Source: a virus. Taken from it: DNA of 64,000 bases. The notes under the pieces were generated by a model. That model was not told where the DNA came from and ran no database searches. It saw only the letters and a program-made list of their open reading frames with translations. This document shows, piece after piece, positions 12,801 to 21,482 of this stretch. The translations under genes were made by a program, and so were the position numbers. The stretch's first letter is position 1. Every line of letters starts with the position of its first letter. Location: IMG/VR virus record IMGVR_UViG_3300006735_000023, positions 1 to 64,000 of that record, one strand, 5' to 3'.

Positions 12801-14748
12801 ATGTCACAACCCAGCTGGTGGAACGTGTGAAATACGACAACAAGAAGTTAGGGCGTTTAAGGTTGCGTTTGGACAAGAAAATCAAAACTTTTTCAAATCA
12901 ATCAATGTAGACCAAGCTGAGTTTCAAGAAACACAAGAATCATTATTATTAATAGATGCTTTATCAAAAGAAGAGTCAACAACTAAAGACCCAAGATTAA
13001 AAGGGCAAAATCTATATAATGTGTATCAAAAAAGAAGTTACAGTTGTAGCGTTGAGGCGTTAGGTATGATGAACATTTTACCACTACAATATTTTCAATT
13101 AGACCACGTACCAATGTTCCACGGAGCGTATATAATAACTAATGTAGAACATAGTATCTCACCAGGAGAGATAAATACAACATTCAAAGGAACTAGAATA
13201 TCTCGTTCAGTTATTCCATATGTTTCTTCTTTCTTAGCTAAAACATCAGATTACGAAAGTGGAACATCTAGTGGTGGGGTTAATTTTGAATATGACCCTG
13301 ATAGTACGACGGTTTTAAGTGGAGATGTGGAAAGAATTGGTGTTTGGATGGATAAATCCGTTGGTGATACACAAGTAAAAACATTACAAAATTATGGTAT
13401 GAATTCTATAGTTTTTGAATTAAATGCAAGTTGGCCTGAGGGTAAGTCAAATGAAAAAGACAGATGGAAAGGAGCTGAGTGGAGATGGCAACCAGTAAAA
13501 TCAGCAAGTAGTCCTAAAACCCACACACCAAACGCTAAATATACCTTAGCAGGATTACAAGAAGCTTGTAAAAAGGCCTACGATGCAAATCAAAGAATAA
13601 CATGGATGTTATACTTTGTACCAACGAAGGCATACATGGAACCAATGGTAGATGGCACAGGAGTTGAAACATATGATAGTAAAACAGATTGGTATGACTG
13701 GGCAGGAGAAGGATTGGATAAACCACCAACACTTCCAGAATTAGTACAAAAAGTTAATACATACTGTGGTGGGGTATGTGTACACGCAGTAGAATTTGAT
13801 TTAGAAGGACACTATAGAAAGACACATTGGTCAACAACCAAAAGTAAGTATGTATCAGGACCATATCTACTGGGTTATACAAATAATATAAAGAAAAAAG
13901 ATTTAGCTAGAAAATTAATAGATAAGTTAAGGGAACAATTTAAGACAAGAGCAGGTAGTACTGAAATTGGAACAACGCCGTATGTTGGTACATCTTATTC
14001 TCTTAAAGATACTTCATCAGATACTAAGACAGCAAAAGGACAATATTGGCAAGATCCTGCTCATCCTGAATTTGGGGCCATTGTTGACTACATGGCAGTA
14101 CAATCATATTCTCATCCTAAATTTTTACTTGATTATAGAAAAAAAGTTAATGGTAAGGATAATCCAAGATATAAATTAGTTAGACATTGTGAAAATCATT
14201 CAGATTGTCCTTACAAAGGTGACGGTGGCGGAAAACAATACTTCTGTCAAGGAGGAGATGACCCAACAGGAGGTGTTTATGCAGGTGAACCTAGACCAGG
14301 TGAGTGGATTACCGTAAAATGTTGTCAAAGTATAACATACGCTTGGCCTCAACCAGGATATACCGGAGGGGACTTAACAGGGTATCAAGGAAAACCTAGA
14401 GACCATGGATATGCTGGACCAGGTGCGAGGGCTAAATATAGTGGAAAAACAGTAAAAGGAGTTGCAGAATCTGGATTTAATGGAGGTACTGGAACAGGGA
14501 AAGACCCTTACTATATTTGTGGGGCCGCTGGGTATGACCAGAAATTTAATTACCATACAATACAAGAAGCACTAACTGCGTCTTGGAATGGATGTTTACA
14601 ACCTATTACTGGTAATTCATATAAACCTAAAGAAATAAGATACTGGTCTTATCAGAACGTTTTTGGAAGGAGAGGTTTCTATAAAAATGGTGAAGGACCA
14701 ATCGCTACCTTTATAAAAGATCAGGCCTCAAAAAAGAAAGCAAGTTAG
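6874..14748 (+). CDS. Giant baseplate hub protein with C-terminal putative glycoside hydrolase domain (2624 aa)
   Basis: N-terminal FGITDISIK...PQVFINFVDIRG and later YSCSVEALGMMNILPLQYFQL..VPMFHGAYIITNVEHSI resemble gp27/GpD-like hub motifs. The C-terminal region has a TIM-barrel-like pattern with VEFDLE. Confidence 0.65.
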   Translation: MGIQLIDPNEEIRKYIKGQANLPYPTDINKGPVIVPPEDLVMYVDLEVILPGRSVIVDDSASQNQKRSHIGFVVPKKGQLPGRDETERNQKPYSPDDNYGGLGTSWTNIGGLSGFMKNKDNSYVNQDEFGSFQKSGDWNETFGITDISIKLNASFEPQVFINFVDIRGATLMEPGLNSPYAAFFHMPYPLFTLTVKGFYGQGISYKLHLMKFNSKFDAETGNFNISCEFIGFTFTYLADIPAIYADVGPDMMVHYHGVGGGKDPAKPWPEGSMTLGTYISNIADMATKMDAYAEDAETIEYNDMNFALDSLRVIRGHWSLVISDLLESGGEKTYTYSEEEKKITVSACVVEPSSTDPTKDVNGDPIPTGEHPDLLITSGTKRAENANDAYRKLYIAFEGHDQKVQDNARVQELNGTNAMKVYATDVFDEIAETTAISKLQDKNYPSINDISTSAYAGSLPCDKNLDGTIADDEKTSCWGCVQVDGKKFLLDLDKTIKKAELLLAQLKKKKLESENDIKLGALVMPPTLENIFKMLCNGVGGFNWSLNNVSELADTQHQEDPYLKDLLLKNPTTGSDIKENAERIFSWPLVYKTKEDRVDKEVNTGIIKKQNVTRFEKVFPGAKISQDIYEYPEYTTDPYFWPEIGFIELLINTIIKKTKLLNVEWNPDDNEFSSQGESYIPAIIEETPGVTNPYKGLEDVKLQIIPLMALRTLLRLGHSNHFMMEDEEKISILGDTLASSIEIYGPKFTKTKRDEAIKILGEAEAEALIVGVQDSNETKERLRELFTVLTGELRESNDGSAKVARKKAMELLKKAGYKTGEVTGEKVYYTRGGSNDDIVQNEDGTVEKGTYSFYGTQGKLSGKQITRDGGYYLPNVLEELSTNIFFHPCGTEAGANTNMTTCPGFFISDVSSYEINASVISPEQEKTLEKEKSAMEDYYESGYGVSEYSPSIKLYVGPQGTLDYDWKKWLGWDFYSFWSADNYKEEVKNGRNNNDTTGKNHITPDQWISLSVIYSDPTKIMNIGGGGDYLQTPSGPTFKNCYNSDSQVLLMEDSLFIKNDVDSNNPNYNYDAIAPYSTAADTDGYLKAKVGNGSGVVDKKKASNLALGYLFINSVGKYYSTRPMYHFSDNHYADMWNILKMFNQVSGYVTLPQSVILQMGSWIYRYEETEDIIKWPNYFSAEGTKTTTGINYYKIPTKGERPMPESSFYAEGDVGGNIWAGTKWAQNGTNAGRQSCREVKHKYINNWHLTNKLHFIHKPKGWSHDTGGSSTTAGTVKYDDITKAIGNLPEYIKSQLKEFFIQWALGETIMENDVYSLEPSFPTIKESLLEETVIENLHGKTGKCAVQGFPTYGTLASNNDAQPLGQIFPTNLLPSTRLWTSYCANNTLTGYGKSDHETLGGHGIQFNRGICPLYHEAPAMYGQAQAWLPGSENINGNGVVTFVTRELTEEYKDNKGRYVVKPFALANTWTQPLLFNGYTNWQINHQAEQTKVQKFFRRGFGWMDSIFGTGELLTIVDYDTAINYYSKIQHEDENDDPVLVKTLYDYAMGLQKYYFVRKVSHTNDVIAFASRAPYKSQTRNGVTTINNAVDGFPLGGSSVYKNIQYMNPISAQWGPDKKEDEVYAIANLYDLGDGFWNWFEPEVTAKPTFYVPKYFQDANSTDKTNEVIENELWLNLRTMMSNNVVVKNPTWRNWMGMDENAMNGAGDTARDLVYTNEELLDVFYGALIKRIETYVNEGGLAQTITAKAKMEDILNDNDIKLDTYLTVKNLHDKWMTPSASAMKTNNLSYSGEDATKIDWLFSQFSFVDRAYNWIGQKYIDPTPLLNLKNNPKISLYTLIYDLISHNSFEFFPLPSNIEFADDNAFSKMFTPHLTVDGDAVSKNPRFYIMYMGGFSDSLDIDSPDYQFNNDGFDIDDECIDCPPDYFGAKQRVAHLGALSSGVLLVSGQAKSVGGTGYQPGVMIDAPVIIPQAGTWECHNPAGGTCEIRQQEVRAFKVAFGQENQNFFKSINVDQAEFQETQESLLLIDALSKEESTTKDPRLKGQNLYNVYQKRSYSCSVEALGMMNILPLQYFQLDHVPMFHGAYIITNVEHSISPGEINTTFKGTRISRSVIPYVSSFLAKTSDYESGTSSGGVNFEYDPDSTTVLSGDVERIGVWMDKSVGDTQVKTLQNYGMNSIVFELNASWPEGKSNEKDRWKGAEWRWQPVKSASSPKTHTPNAKYTLAGLQEACKKAYDANQRITWMLYFVPTKAYMEPMVDGTGVETYDSKTDWYDWAGEGLDKPPTLPELVQKVNTYCGGVCVHAVEFDLEGHYRKTHWSTTKSKYVSGPYLLGYTNNIKKKDLARKLIDKLREQFKTRAGSTEIGTTPYVGTSYSLKDTSSDTKTAKGQYWQDPAHPEFGAIVDYMAVQSYSHPKFLLDYRKKVNGKDNPRYKLVRHCENHSDCPYKGDGGGKQYFCQGGDDPTGGVYAGEPRPGEWITVKCCQSITYAWPQPGYTGGDLTGYQGKPRDHGYAGPGARAKYSGKTVKGVAESGFNGGTGTGKDPYYICGAAGYDQKFNYHTIQEALTASWNGCLQPITGNSYKPKEIRYWSYQNVFGRRGFYKNGEGPIATFIKDQASKKKAS

Positions 14749-14776
14749 TAAAATTAACTTTGTGCTAATACCGATC

Positions 14777-14784
14777 TATTTATA
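14777..14784 (+). promoter_or_regulatory. Putative late promoter core TATTTATA
   Basis: Recurrent motif, 19 nt before ATG 14796. Confidence 0.5.
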
Positions 14785-14795
14785 GTAAAAGAAAA

Positions 14796-15227
14796 ATGGA
14801 CAATAAAAGCATTAAAAAAAGCTATTTACTAGGTACTTTTGTAATTAAAAATGAATTAAAAAAAGTATTTAATCTACTAGAAAGAGGTTTTGAGGTGGAT
14901 AAAAACGGTATATTTGTGCATCAAACTAATGAAGAAGATAAATTATTTATCACATATAAAGTTAAAATAACTAATAGTGAAAAAAAAGATTTTAGAAAAA
15001 GAATAAAAAATTCACTACCAATACACAAAAAAGGTAGTTGTTTTTTTACAATAAATGGCTTAAATAAATTAATTGAAAAGGTTTATGATCTTACCCCAGG
15101 GAATATTAAACACAGCGAATATCAAATAAAATGGTCCGATTATAAAGATAAATTCATTATGATAAAAGAAAATGAACTACATATAATACCATTAAATAGA
15201 GTTTTCTTAGATAATGAATATTTATAA
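14796..15227 (+). CDS. Hypothetical protein (143 aa, basic)
   Basis: ORF in operon-like context; no recognised motif. Confidence 0.75.
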   Translation: MDNKSIKKSYLLGTFVIKNELKKVFNLLERGFEVDKNGIFVHQTNEEDKLFITYKVKITNSEKKDFRKRIKNSLPIHKKGSCFFTINGLNKLIEKVYDLTPGNIKHSEYQIKWSDYKDKFIMIKENELHIIPLNRVFLDNEYL

Positions 15228-15243
15228 TAAAAGAAACAATATT

Positions 15244-15462
15244 ATGAAAAAAGAACTTAAACAAACAAATGATGCACTAAATGAGTTTTTAGGTGATAGA
15301 GGGTCAATTAAAAATAACCCAATCATAGACGATTGTGTGGATCAAGAGTGTAAATTAAAGTCAAAAGACGGTTTAATTGAATCGACTAAAGTTATAAATA
15401 AAAAAGTCATAGTAGAAGACGGAAGAGAATTACTTAGAGAAGTAACATTTAAGCACGAATAA
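15244..15462 (+). CDS. Hypothetical small protein (start probably 15244 rather than 15214)
   Basis: TATTTATA at 15219-15226 lies inside the longer ORF call and 25 nt before ATG 15244. Confidence 0.65.
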   Translation: MKKELKQTNDALNEFLGDRGSIKNNPIIDDCVDQECKLKSKDGLIESTKVINKKVIVEDGRELLREVTFKHE

Positions 15463-15463
15463 A

Positions 15464-16588
15464 ATGAAAAAAAGATCACAGTTGAGTGAAGAACTTAAAA
15501 GACACCTAGAAATAGTAAATTATACTGATAGTATAGGGAATCAGTTAAATGAAGCATTAAAGGTAACTTTTCAGGAACAAGAACCTGAAGAGGATGAAAA
15601 TGTAGATATAGTTGATACTGAAGAAGAACCAACTTCACCACAACCAGAACCAACTCCAGGGGCGGCAAAACCTCCCACACCACCTACACCTCCTACACCA
15701 GGAGCAACACCTCCAACACCAGCAGGAGCTACACCACCAAAACCAGGTGCAACACCTCCTACACCACCAACTGCGACACCACCAAAACCAGGGGCAACTC
15801 CTACACCACCTACTCCACCACCACCACCGGCAGAAGTAGAAGATGAGGTAGAAGAAGTAGATGTAACTGATTTAGTTAATAATCAAGAAGAAGTAGGAGA
15901 TTCTGTAAATAAATTCGCATCACAATTATCAGATATTGAGTCAAAATTCTCTGAATTATCAGATAGACTTGGAAAGATGGATATGATATTCCAAAAGATA
16001 GATGCTATGGAAGATGAAATACAAAAAATGGCACCTGTAACACCAGTAGAAAAATTAGAACTTAGGTCTTTAGATAGTTTTCCTTATAACCAAAGATTAG
16101 ATAATTACTTTGAAGATAAAAAAGCGGAGTATAAAAAATTAAGAGGTATAGACCTAGAACCACAATCAAAAGAGAAAGAGTATACTTTAACCGCTGGTGA
16201 GGCAGAAGAATGGGATGATAATGAAATAGGAAATTCATTTAATCCTAACTATAACAATCTAAATGAAGCGGTAAGTGAAGGTAAATTAGTACAAGCTTGG
16301 GGTGGTTCACCACAAGGGGGTTGTGTTTGTGTTTACGCCATGGAAGATGGTTCCTATGACCATGTAACAAATCATAATCCTTGTGAATGTACTATGACAG
16401 GTAACTGTTGTTCATCATCAAACGCACCAGTAGGGGGAGAACTTGTAGGAGTCCAACCTTCAAAAGGAAAAGGAGACTTTATGGATATGGCAGCTATGGA
16501 TTTTACAAATAGTAATACACTTAAAGGAAAAAATCTTAAAGGTATGGCTCGAAAAGGAATGAGAGTTAAACCAAGAATGATGAGATAG
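15464..16588 (+). CDS. Pro/Thr-rich and coiled-coil protein, possibly virion head-associated
   Basis: LSEELKR N-terminus, acidic stretch, P/T/A repeats, coiled coil, Cys cluster and basic Met-rich tail. Confidence 0.6.
   Translation: MKKRSQLSEELKRHLEIVNYTDSIGNQLNEALKVTFQEQEPEEDENVDIVDTEEEPTSPQPEPTPGAAKPPTPPTPPTPGATPPTPAGATPPKPGATPPTPPTATPPKPGATPTPPTPPPPPAEVEDEVEEVDVTDLVNNQEEVGDSVNKFASQLSDIESKFSELSDRLGKMDMIFQKIDAMEDEIQKMAPVTPVEKLELRSLDSFPYNQRLDNYFEDKKAEYKKLRGIDLEPQSKEKEYTLTAGEAEEWDDNEIGNSFNPNYNNLNEAVSEGKLVQAWGGSPQGGCVCVYAMEDGSYDHVTNHNPCECTMTGNCCSSSNAPVGGELVGVQPSKGKGDFMDMAAMDFTNSNTLKGKNLKGMARKGMRVKPRMMR
15628..15830 (+). repeat. Low-complexity Pro/Thr repeat (PGATPP[T/K]P units)
   Basis: Repeated acaccacca/ccaggNgca codons; imperfect. 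Confidence 0.9.
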
Positions 16589-16621
16589 AGTTTGACACTT
16601 AAAATAAATAATTATAATATT

Positions 16622-16653
16622 AACCCAACCCGAATAGAGTTGGGTTTTTGTTT
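16622..16653 (+). terminator. Rho-independent terminator
   Basis: aacccaac-ccgaataga-gttgggtt hairpin followed by tttgttt, downstream of the stop at 16588. Confidence 0.75.
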
Positions 16654-16664
16654 ATATAAACATG

Positions 16665-16694
16665 TTTACTTTGCCGTAAATGTTTTATATATTT
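16665..16694 (+). promoter_or_regulatory. Putative promoter TTTACT-N17-TATATT upstream of SSB
   Basis: Same architecture at 57556 and 58184. Confidence 0.55.
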
Positions 16695-16741
16695 AATAAG
16701 TAAAAAAAATATTAATTAACTAGTTAAAAAAAAAATTAAAA

Positions 16742-17560
16742 ATGAGTAACATATTAGATTCAATTCTTAAACAGTATGAGTCCAACAAGTCTGGAACAGG
16801 GACCGAAAAAAAGAAGACAGACCTTAGAAAATATTTCGCACCTTTTTTACCAAAAGGAGAAACAAGCGGAGAAAGAACAGTTAGAATTTTACCTCCTAAA
16901 GATGGAGCATCACCATTCCAAGAAGCTTGGTTCCATGAGGTACAAATTGATGGTAAATGGCAAAAATTATATGACCCAGGTAAAAATGATAATGAAAGAA
17001 GTCCTATTACTGAAGTAAATGAGGCTTTACTAATGACTGGTGACCCAGAAGATAAAGTTCTTGCTAGACAATATAGACCAAGAAAGTTTTATGTTGTGAG
17101 AGTTATTGATAGAGATAATGAAGCGGATGGAGTAAAGTTCTGGAGATTCAAACACAACTTCAAAGGAGACGGCATTATGGATAAATTAATACCATTATTC
17201 CAAAAGAAAGGAGATATTACGGACCCTAGAGAAGGTAGAGACATTAACTTAATTCTAAAAGCAGTTAAATTACCAAGTGGTAATGGTACCTACACAACAG
17301 TATCTACAATTATGACAGAAGACCCTTCTATGTTAACTACAGACGCAGAAAAAGCTAAAAATTGGATGGCAAATACAGAGACATTTAGAGATGTATATGT
17401 TAAAAAAGATGCAGATTTTCTTGAAAAAGTAGCAAAAGGAGAAAATCCATATGAGAGAAAAGAAGAAGAAACGCCAAAGGCAACTTCATCTGTTAGTAAT
17501 ACTACTATTTCAGAATTAGATAAAGGAACAGAGATTAACATGGATGATATGCCATTTTAA
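16742..17560 (+). CDS. Single-stranded DNA-binding protein (T4 gp32-like)
   Basis: VRILPP...PF.E.WFH, FYVVRVIDR, GDITDP.EGRDI, acidic DDMPF tail; adjacent to the recombinase. Confidence 0.85.
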   Translation: MSNILDSILKQYESNKSGTGTEKKKTDLRKYFAPFLPKGETSGERTVRILPPKDGASPFQEAWFHEVQIDGKWQKLYDPGKNDNERSPITEVNEALLMTGDPEDKVLARQYRPRKFYVVRVIDRDNEADGVKFWRFKHNFKGDGIMDKLIPLFQKKGDITDPREGRDINLILKAVKLPSGNGTYTTVSTIMTEDPSMLTTDAEKAKNWMANTETFRDVYVKKDADFLEKVAKGENPYERKEEETPKATSSVSNTTISELDKGTEINMDDMPF

Positions 17561-17572
17561 TAATTAAAGACT

Positions 17573-18568
17573 ATGGCAAAAATTAAGAAAAAAACATTCT
17601 CATTAGAAGACTTACAAGGTAAGTATAGTACAAAAGCCAAGTATAAAGAAGATAGTTTCTTTGATGTTGGTGAAGCATTTTACAAAGCTTGTGGTATCCC
17701 AGGACCTGCAGAAGGACATATAAATGTATTTTTAGGTCATTCTGATACTGGAAAAACCACGGCTTTAGTAAAAGCGGCGGTGGACGCTCAAAAAAAGGGT
17801 AAGTTACCAGTTTTTATAATTACTGAACAAAAATGGGACTTTGAACACGCTAAATTAATGGGATTTGATTGTGACTTAAATGAGAATGGAGAATGGAGTG
17901 GAACCTTTTTATTTAATGATGGTTTTTCTTATATTGAACAAATCACAGATTATATAAATGAACTTATAGATGAACAACAAAAAGGTAATATCCCATATGA
18001 TTTAGTTTTCTTTTGGGATTCAGTTGGTTCAGTACCCTGTAAAATGACTTTTGAGGGTAAAGGAGGTAAGATGCATAATGCAAGTACTTTAGCGGACAAA
18101 ATAGGAATGGGAATAAACCAAAGAATTACAGGATCAAGAAAAGAAGATTCTAAATTTACCAACACTCTTATTATTGTTAACCAACCATGGGTGGAATTAC
18201 CAGATAACCCATTTAGTCAACCAAGAATTAAGATGAAAGGAGGAGAAGCAATCTTTCTAAATTCAACACTAGTTTTTTTATTTGGAAATCAGAAGAACAG
18301 TGGAACATCAAAAATCAATGCAACTAAAAATGGAAGGAAAGTATCTTTTGCAACACGTACAAAAGTATCAATACTTAAAAATCATGTTAATGGTATTGGT
18401 TTTTCAGATGGAAGGGTAATTGTAACCCCACATAATTTCATAGGGGATGACGCCAATGAAATTAAAAAATACAAAGAATCACACTCAAGTTATTGGGTTG
18501 AACAATTTGAAAAAGCTGGAGAAAAAGTAGAAGACGACGGCTTTGAGTTAATAGAAGAAAATGTTTAA
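17573..18568 (+). CDS. uvsX: RecA/UvsX-like recombinase
   Basis: Walker A GHSDTGKT, ITEQK, WDSVG, IIVNQ, MKGGEA, KNH motifs. Confidence 0.88.
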   Translation: MAKIKKKTFSLEDLQGKYSTKAKYKEDSFFDVGEAFYKACGIPGPAEGHINVFLGHSDTGKTTALVKAAVDAQKKGKLPVFIITEQKWDFEHAKLMGFDCDLNENGEWSGTFLFNDGFSYIEQITDYINELIDEQQKGNIPYDLVFFWDSVGSVPCKMTFEGKGGKMHNASTLADKIGMGINQRITGSRKEDSKFTNTLIIVNQPWVELPDNPFSQPRIKMKGGEAIFLNSTLVFLFGNQKNSGTSKINATKNGRKVSFATRTKVSILKNHVNGIGFSDGRVIVTPHNFIGDDANEIKKYKESHSSYWVEQFEKAGEKVEDDGFELIEENV

Positions 18569-18586
18569 CCTTTTAATTATGATGAG

Positions 18587-19618
18587 TTGAGACCAAGAAA
18601 TAAACAAAAAAAATTCGAAACCCTAGTAGTTGATGGAGATGCTCTATTAAAAAGAGCTTTCTTCGGAGCTAAAAACGTTTTTAATGACAAAAAAGAACAT
18701 ATAGGGGGAATATTCCAATTTCTTAATATACTAAGACGAACATTATCTCAAAAACATTACAATAAAGTAGTAGTTTTTTGGGATGGTAGATATGGTAATA
18801 GAGCTCGTCGAAAAATCTATCCTAACTATAAAACTAAACGTAGAAAATCTTCTAGTTATGACGCAGAGTCGTTTCTTAAACAGAAACTAAGGGCTCAACA
18901 ATATTTAGAAGAGTTATATGTAAGACAATACGTACAGGAAAATATGGAGGCAGACGATTTAATTGCACATTATTGTATAAAAAAGAATGGTAATGAAATA
19001 ATTACTATCTACACCTCAGATAGGGATATTGTACAATTAGTTAATGAGAAAGTTAGAGTATATCTTTTAGATAAGAAAGAATTAATAAAAGAAGATTCAG
19101 TTCTAGTCACCAGAGAATTGGAGTATCTTCCTAAAAATGTATGTTTAATTAAAATGTTAATCGGAGATCCCTCAGATAATATTTTAGGAATTAAAGGATT
19201 ATCACCTAAAAGATTAGGTGAGTTAGTACCAGAGTTAAAGACTAGAAAAGTTTCTCTAGAAGAAGTTAAATCACTAGAATATGAGGGGGACAACTGGAGA
19301 ATAACCAAAGTACTTAATAACATCAAAACAGGAACCAGTAATGGAGGAGTTTTTGGTGACGAATTATATGAAATAAATAAAAAAATAATTAACTTAAAGG
19401 AGCCTTTTATGGATGAAGGGGCTAGGAAAAATGTAGAAGATTTAGTAAACTTGGAACTAGATCCATCTGGAAGAGATTACAAAAATGTAATTAAAATGAT
19501 GATAGAGGATGGAATAGTAAATGTAATACCAGCGTCTTATGAAGATCAGTCTGAATTTTTAATACCTTTTATAACACTAAAAAAAAATGAAACAAAAAAT
19601 GGAAAAAAAAGTAAGTAA
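18587..19618 (+). CDS. 5'-3' exonuclease / flap endonuclease (PolA N-terminal, T4 RNase H-like); TTG start
   Basis: LVVDGD, VFWDG, YPNYK.KR, EADDLIA, TSDRD, GDPSDNI.GIKG motifs. Confidence 0.92.
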   Translation: MRPRNKQKKFETLVVDGDALLKRAFFGAKNVFNDKKEHIGGIFQFLNILRRTLSQKHYNKVVVFWDGRYGNRARRKIYPNYKTKRRKSSSYDAESFLKQKLRAQQYLEELYVRQYVQENMEADDLIAHYCIKKNGNEIITIYTSDRDIVQLVNEKVRVYLLDKKELIKEDSVLVTRELEYLPKNVCLIKMLIGDPSDNILGIKGLSPKRLGELVPELKTRKVSLEEVKSLEYEGDNWRITKVLNNIKTGTSNGGVFGDELYEINKKIINLKEPFMDEGARKNVEDLVNLELDPSGRDYKNVIKMMIEDGIVNVIPASYEDQSEFLIPFITLKKNETKNGKKSK

Positions 19619-20054
19619 ATATAGCGATAAATTTGAGTTTATTTTAAGAATTAATGAAAACATAGTTTGCCAAAGATATTTTAACATAAGGGGGTATAAC
19701 AATAATGCGAAAAATTCATTAGAACTTAGATGGGAATTAGACGACATTACACAAACAATACAAAGTTATTTGAAGGGACTTAGCGAAGATTTTCTTTGGG
19801 CTAATTACAATCCCTTCTCTAATAAAAACTCCGTAGTTAACGATAACCAAAAAGAGGGTGAAGACTACTTTACCTTTGAAATACGTGTAGATGGTAAGAT
19901 AATAATAATCGAAAGATTCACAGCAATGGACTTCCCACCTAAAGTAAGGTACTCAGTCAATATAAAATCTTTGATACCGAGTATAATTTCAAAGATTCAA
20001 AGGTGTTTGAGTAAGAAAAGATACAACAGTGTGGAAAAACATTATGGGTATTAA
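19599..20054 (+). CDS. Hypothetical protein (start 19587 or 19599)
   Basis: ORF overlapping the exonuclease stop; no function recognised. Confidence 0.7.
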   Translation: MEKKVSKYSDKFEFILRINENIVCQRYFNIRGYNNNAKNSLELRWELDDITQTIQSYLKGLSEDFLWANYNPFSNKNSVVNDNQKEGEDYFTFEIRVDGKIIIIERFTAMDFPPKVRYSVNIKSLIPSIISKIQRCLSKKRYNSVEKHYGY

Positions 20055-20080
20055 AACCAGTAAGATTAAGATAGAGAATA

Positions 20081-20088
20081 TATTTATA
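20081..20088 (+). promoter_or_regulatory. Putative late promoter core TATTTATA
   Basis: Recurrent motif, 28 nt before the helicase ATG. Confidence 0.45.
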
Positions 20089-20108
20089 GATAAATCAATT
20101 ATAAAAGA

Positions 20109-21482
20109 ATGACAGATAGAAATTTCGGATATTTAGGGGATAAATTCCAATTAAAATTACATTCATTATTAATCGTAGATACCAAATTCGCAGATAATAT
20201 TGTTGACGCAATAGAACCTACTTATTTTGACGACCAATATTGTAGATTATTAATGCAATTAATAAAGGAATATTATGGAAAGTATGAGGCAGTACCAACT
20301 TATGATGCGTTAGACCAACTCATTAGAATAGAGGTATCAAATGAAACGGCGAAAGATGTCTTAAAAGACACATTAAAAAAATTAAAAGAACAGGATTTTT
20401 CAGACGCCGATTTTACACAACAAACAGCGTTAAAATTTTGTAAACAACAGGAAATTAAAAAGGCGATAAGTAATTCTGAAAAAATTATGTCTAGTGGTAA
20501 TTTTGAAGATTATGATAAAATTGAAGAATTATTTAGAAAGGCACTTAGTGTAGGAAATGATAAAGAAGATGGGATTGATGTCTTTAGTGCACTTGAAGAG
20601 GTTTTAGCAGATGATTTTAGACACCCAGTTGCCACAGGTATAAGTGGAATAGATAATATAACAGACGGGGGATTGTCTAAAGGAGAATTAGGAGTAGTTT
20701 TAGCACCTTTTGGTGTTGGTAAGTCAACAGTACTTACAAAGTTCGCAAATACCGCCTATAATCTTGGACATAATGTAGTACAAATAATTTTTGAAGATAA
20801 CCCAAAGGTTATACAAAGAAAACATATATCATGTTGGACAGGAATTGAATTAAATCAGTTATCTGAAAGAAAAGAAGAAGTAAAAGAAAAATTACAAGGT
20901 TTCAAAACAGATAGAGGTAAACTTATAATTAAGAAGATGGCTTCAGATGGTACTACAGTTAATAAGATAAAACATTACATTAGAAAGTTGATAACTCGAG
21001 GAGTAAAACCTGATGTTTTATTATTAGATTATATTGATTGTGTTGTACCTAGTCGACAGTTTACTGATGAATATGCAGGTGAAGGGAATGTAATGAGGGA
21101 ATTTGAGACCTTAGTTCATGAATTTGATATGGTAGGTTGGACAGCAGTACAAGGTAATAGAAGCTCAATAGGAGCGGATGTTGTAGAAGCACATCAAATT
21201 GGTGGATCAATTAAAAAAGGACAAATAGGACATTTTATTATGTCTATAGCAAAAACTTTAGAACAAAAAGAAAGTGGTAGAGCAACAATTGCGGTATTAA
21301 AATCAAGATTTGGTAAGGATGGTGTAATATTTGAAGATTGTGTATTCGATAATGGAAAAGTTCATATCGACACAGATGACCAAGTATCATTCTTAGGATT
21401 TGAAGACGTTAAAAAAGAGAAGAAAGCCAACAGAGTTTTGGATGCCATTAAAAAAAGGCAAGAAAAGTTAAATAATAATTAA
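20109..21482 (+). CDS. dnaB: Replicative DnaB-like helicase (gp41-like)
   Basis: GGL.KGELGVVLAPFGVGKS Walker A, LLLDYID Walker B, WTAVQGNR, KSRFG. Confidence 0.92.
   Translation: MTDRNFGYLGDKFQLKLHSLLIVDTKFADNIVDAIEPTYFDDQYCRLLMQLIKEYYGKYEAVPTYDALDQLIRIEVSNETAKDVLKDTLKKLKEQDFSDADFTQQTALKFCKQQEIKKAISNSEKIMSSGNFEDYDKIEELFRKALSVGNDKEDGIDVFSALEEVLADDFRHPVATGISGIDNITDGGLSKGELGVVLAPFGVGKSTVLTKFANTAYNLGHNVVQIIFEDNPKVIQRKHISCWTGIELNQLSERKEEVKEKLQGFKTDRGKLIIKKMASDGTTVNKIKHYIRKLITRGVKPDVLLLDYIDCVVPSRQFTDEYAGEGNVMREFETLVHEFDMVGWTAVQGNRSSIGADVVEAHQIGGSIKKGQIGHFIMSIAKTLEQKESGRATIAVLKSRFGKDGVIFEDCVFDNGKVHIDTDDQVSFLGFEDVKKEKKANRVLDAIKKRQEKLNNN

Noticed and set aside
14755-14762. Bacteroidota -7 element TAACTTTG before ORF 14796
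   Set aside because: No TTTG at -33 spacing; the adjacent TATTTATA motif explains the gap better.
16589-16741. tRNA, cobalamin riboswitch or other structured ncRNA
   Set aside because: The gap is extremely AT-rich with only the terminator hairpin; the nrdJ leader is only 17 nt.
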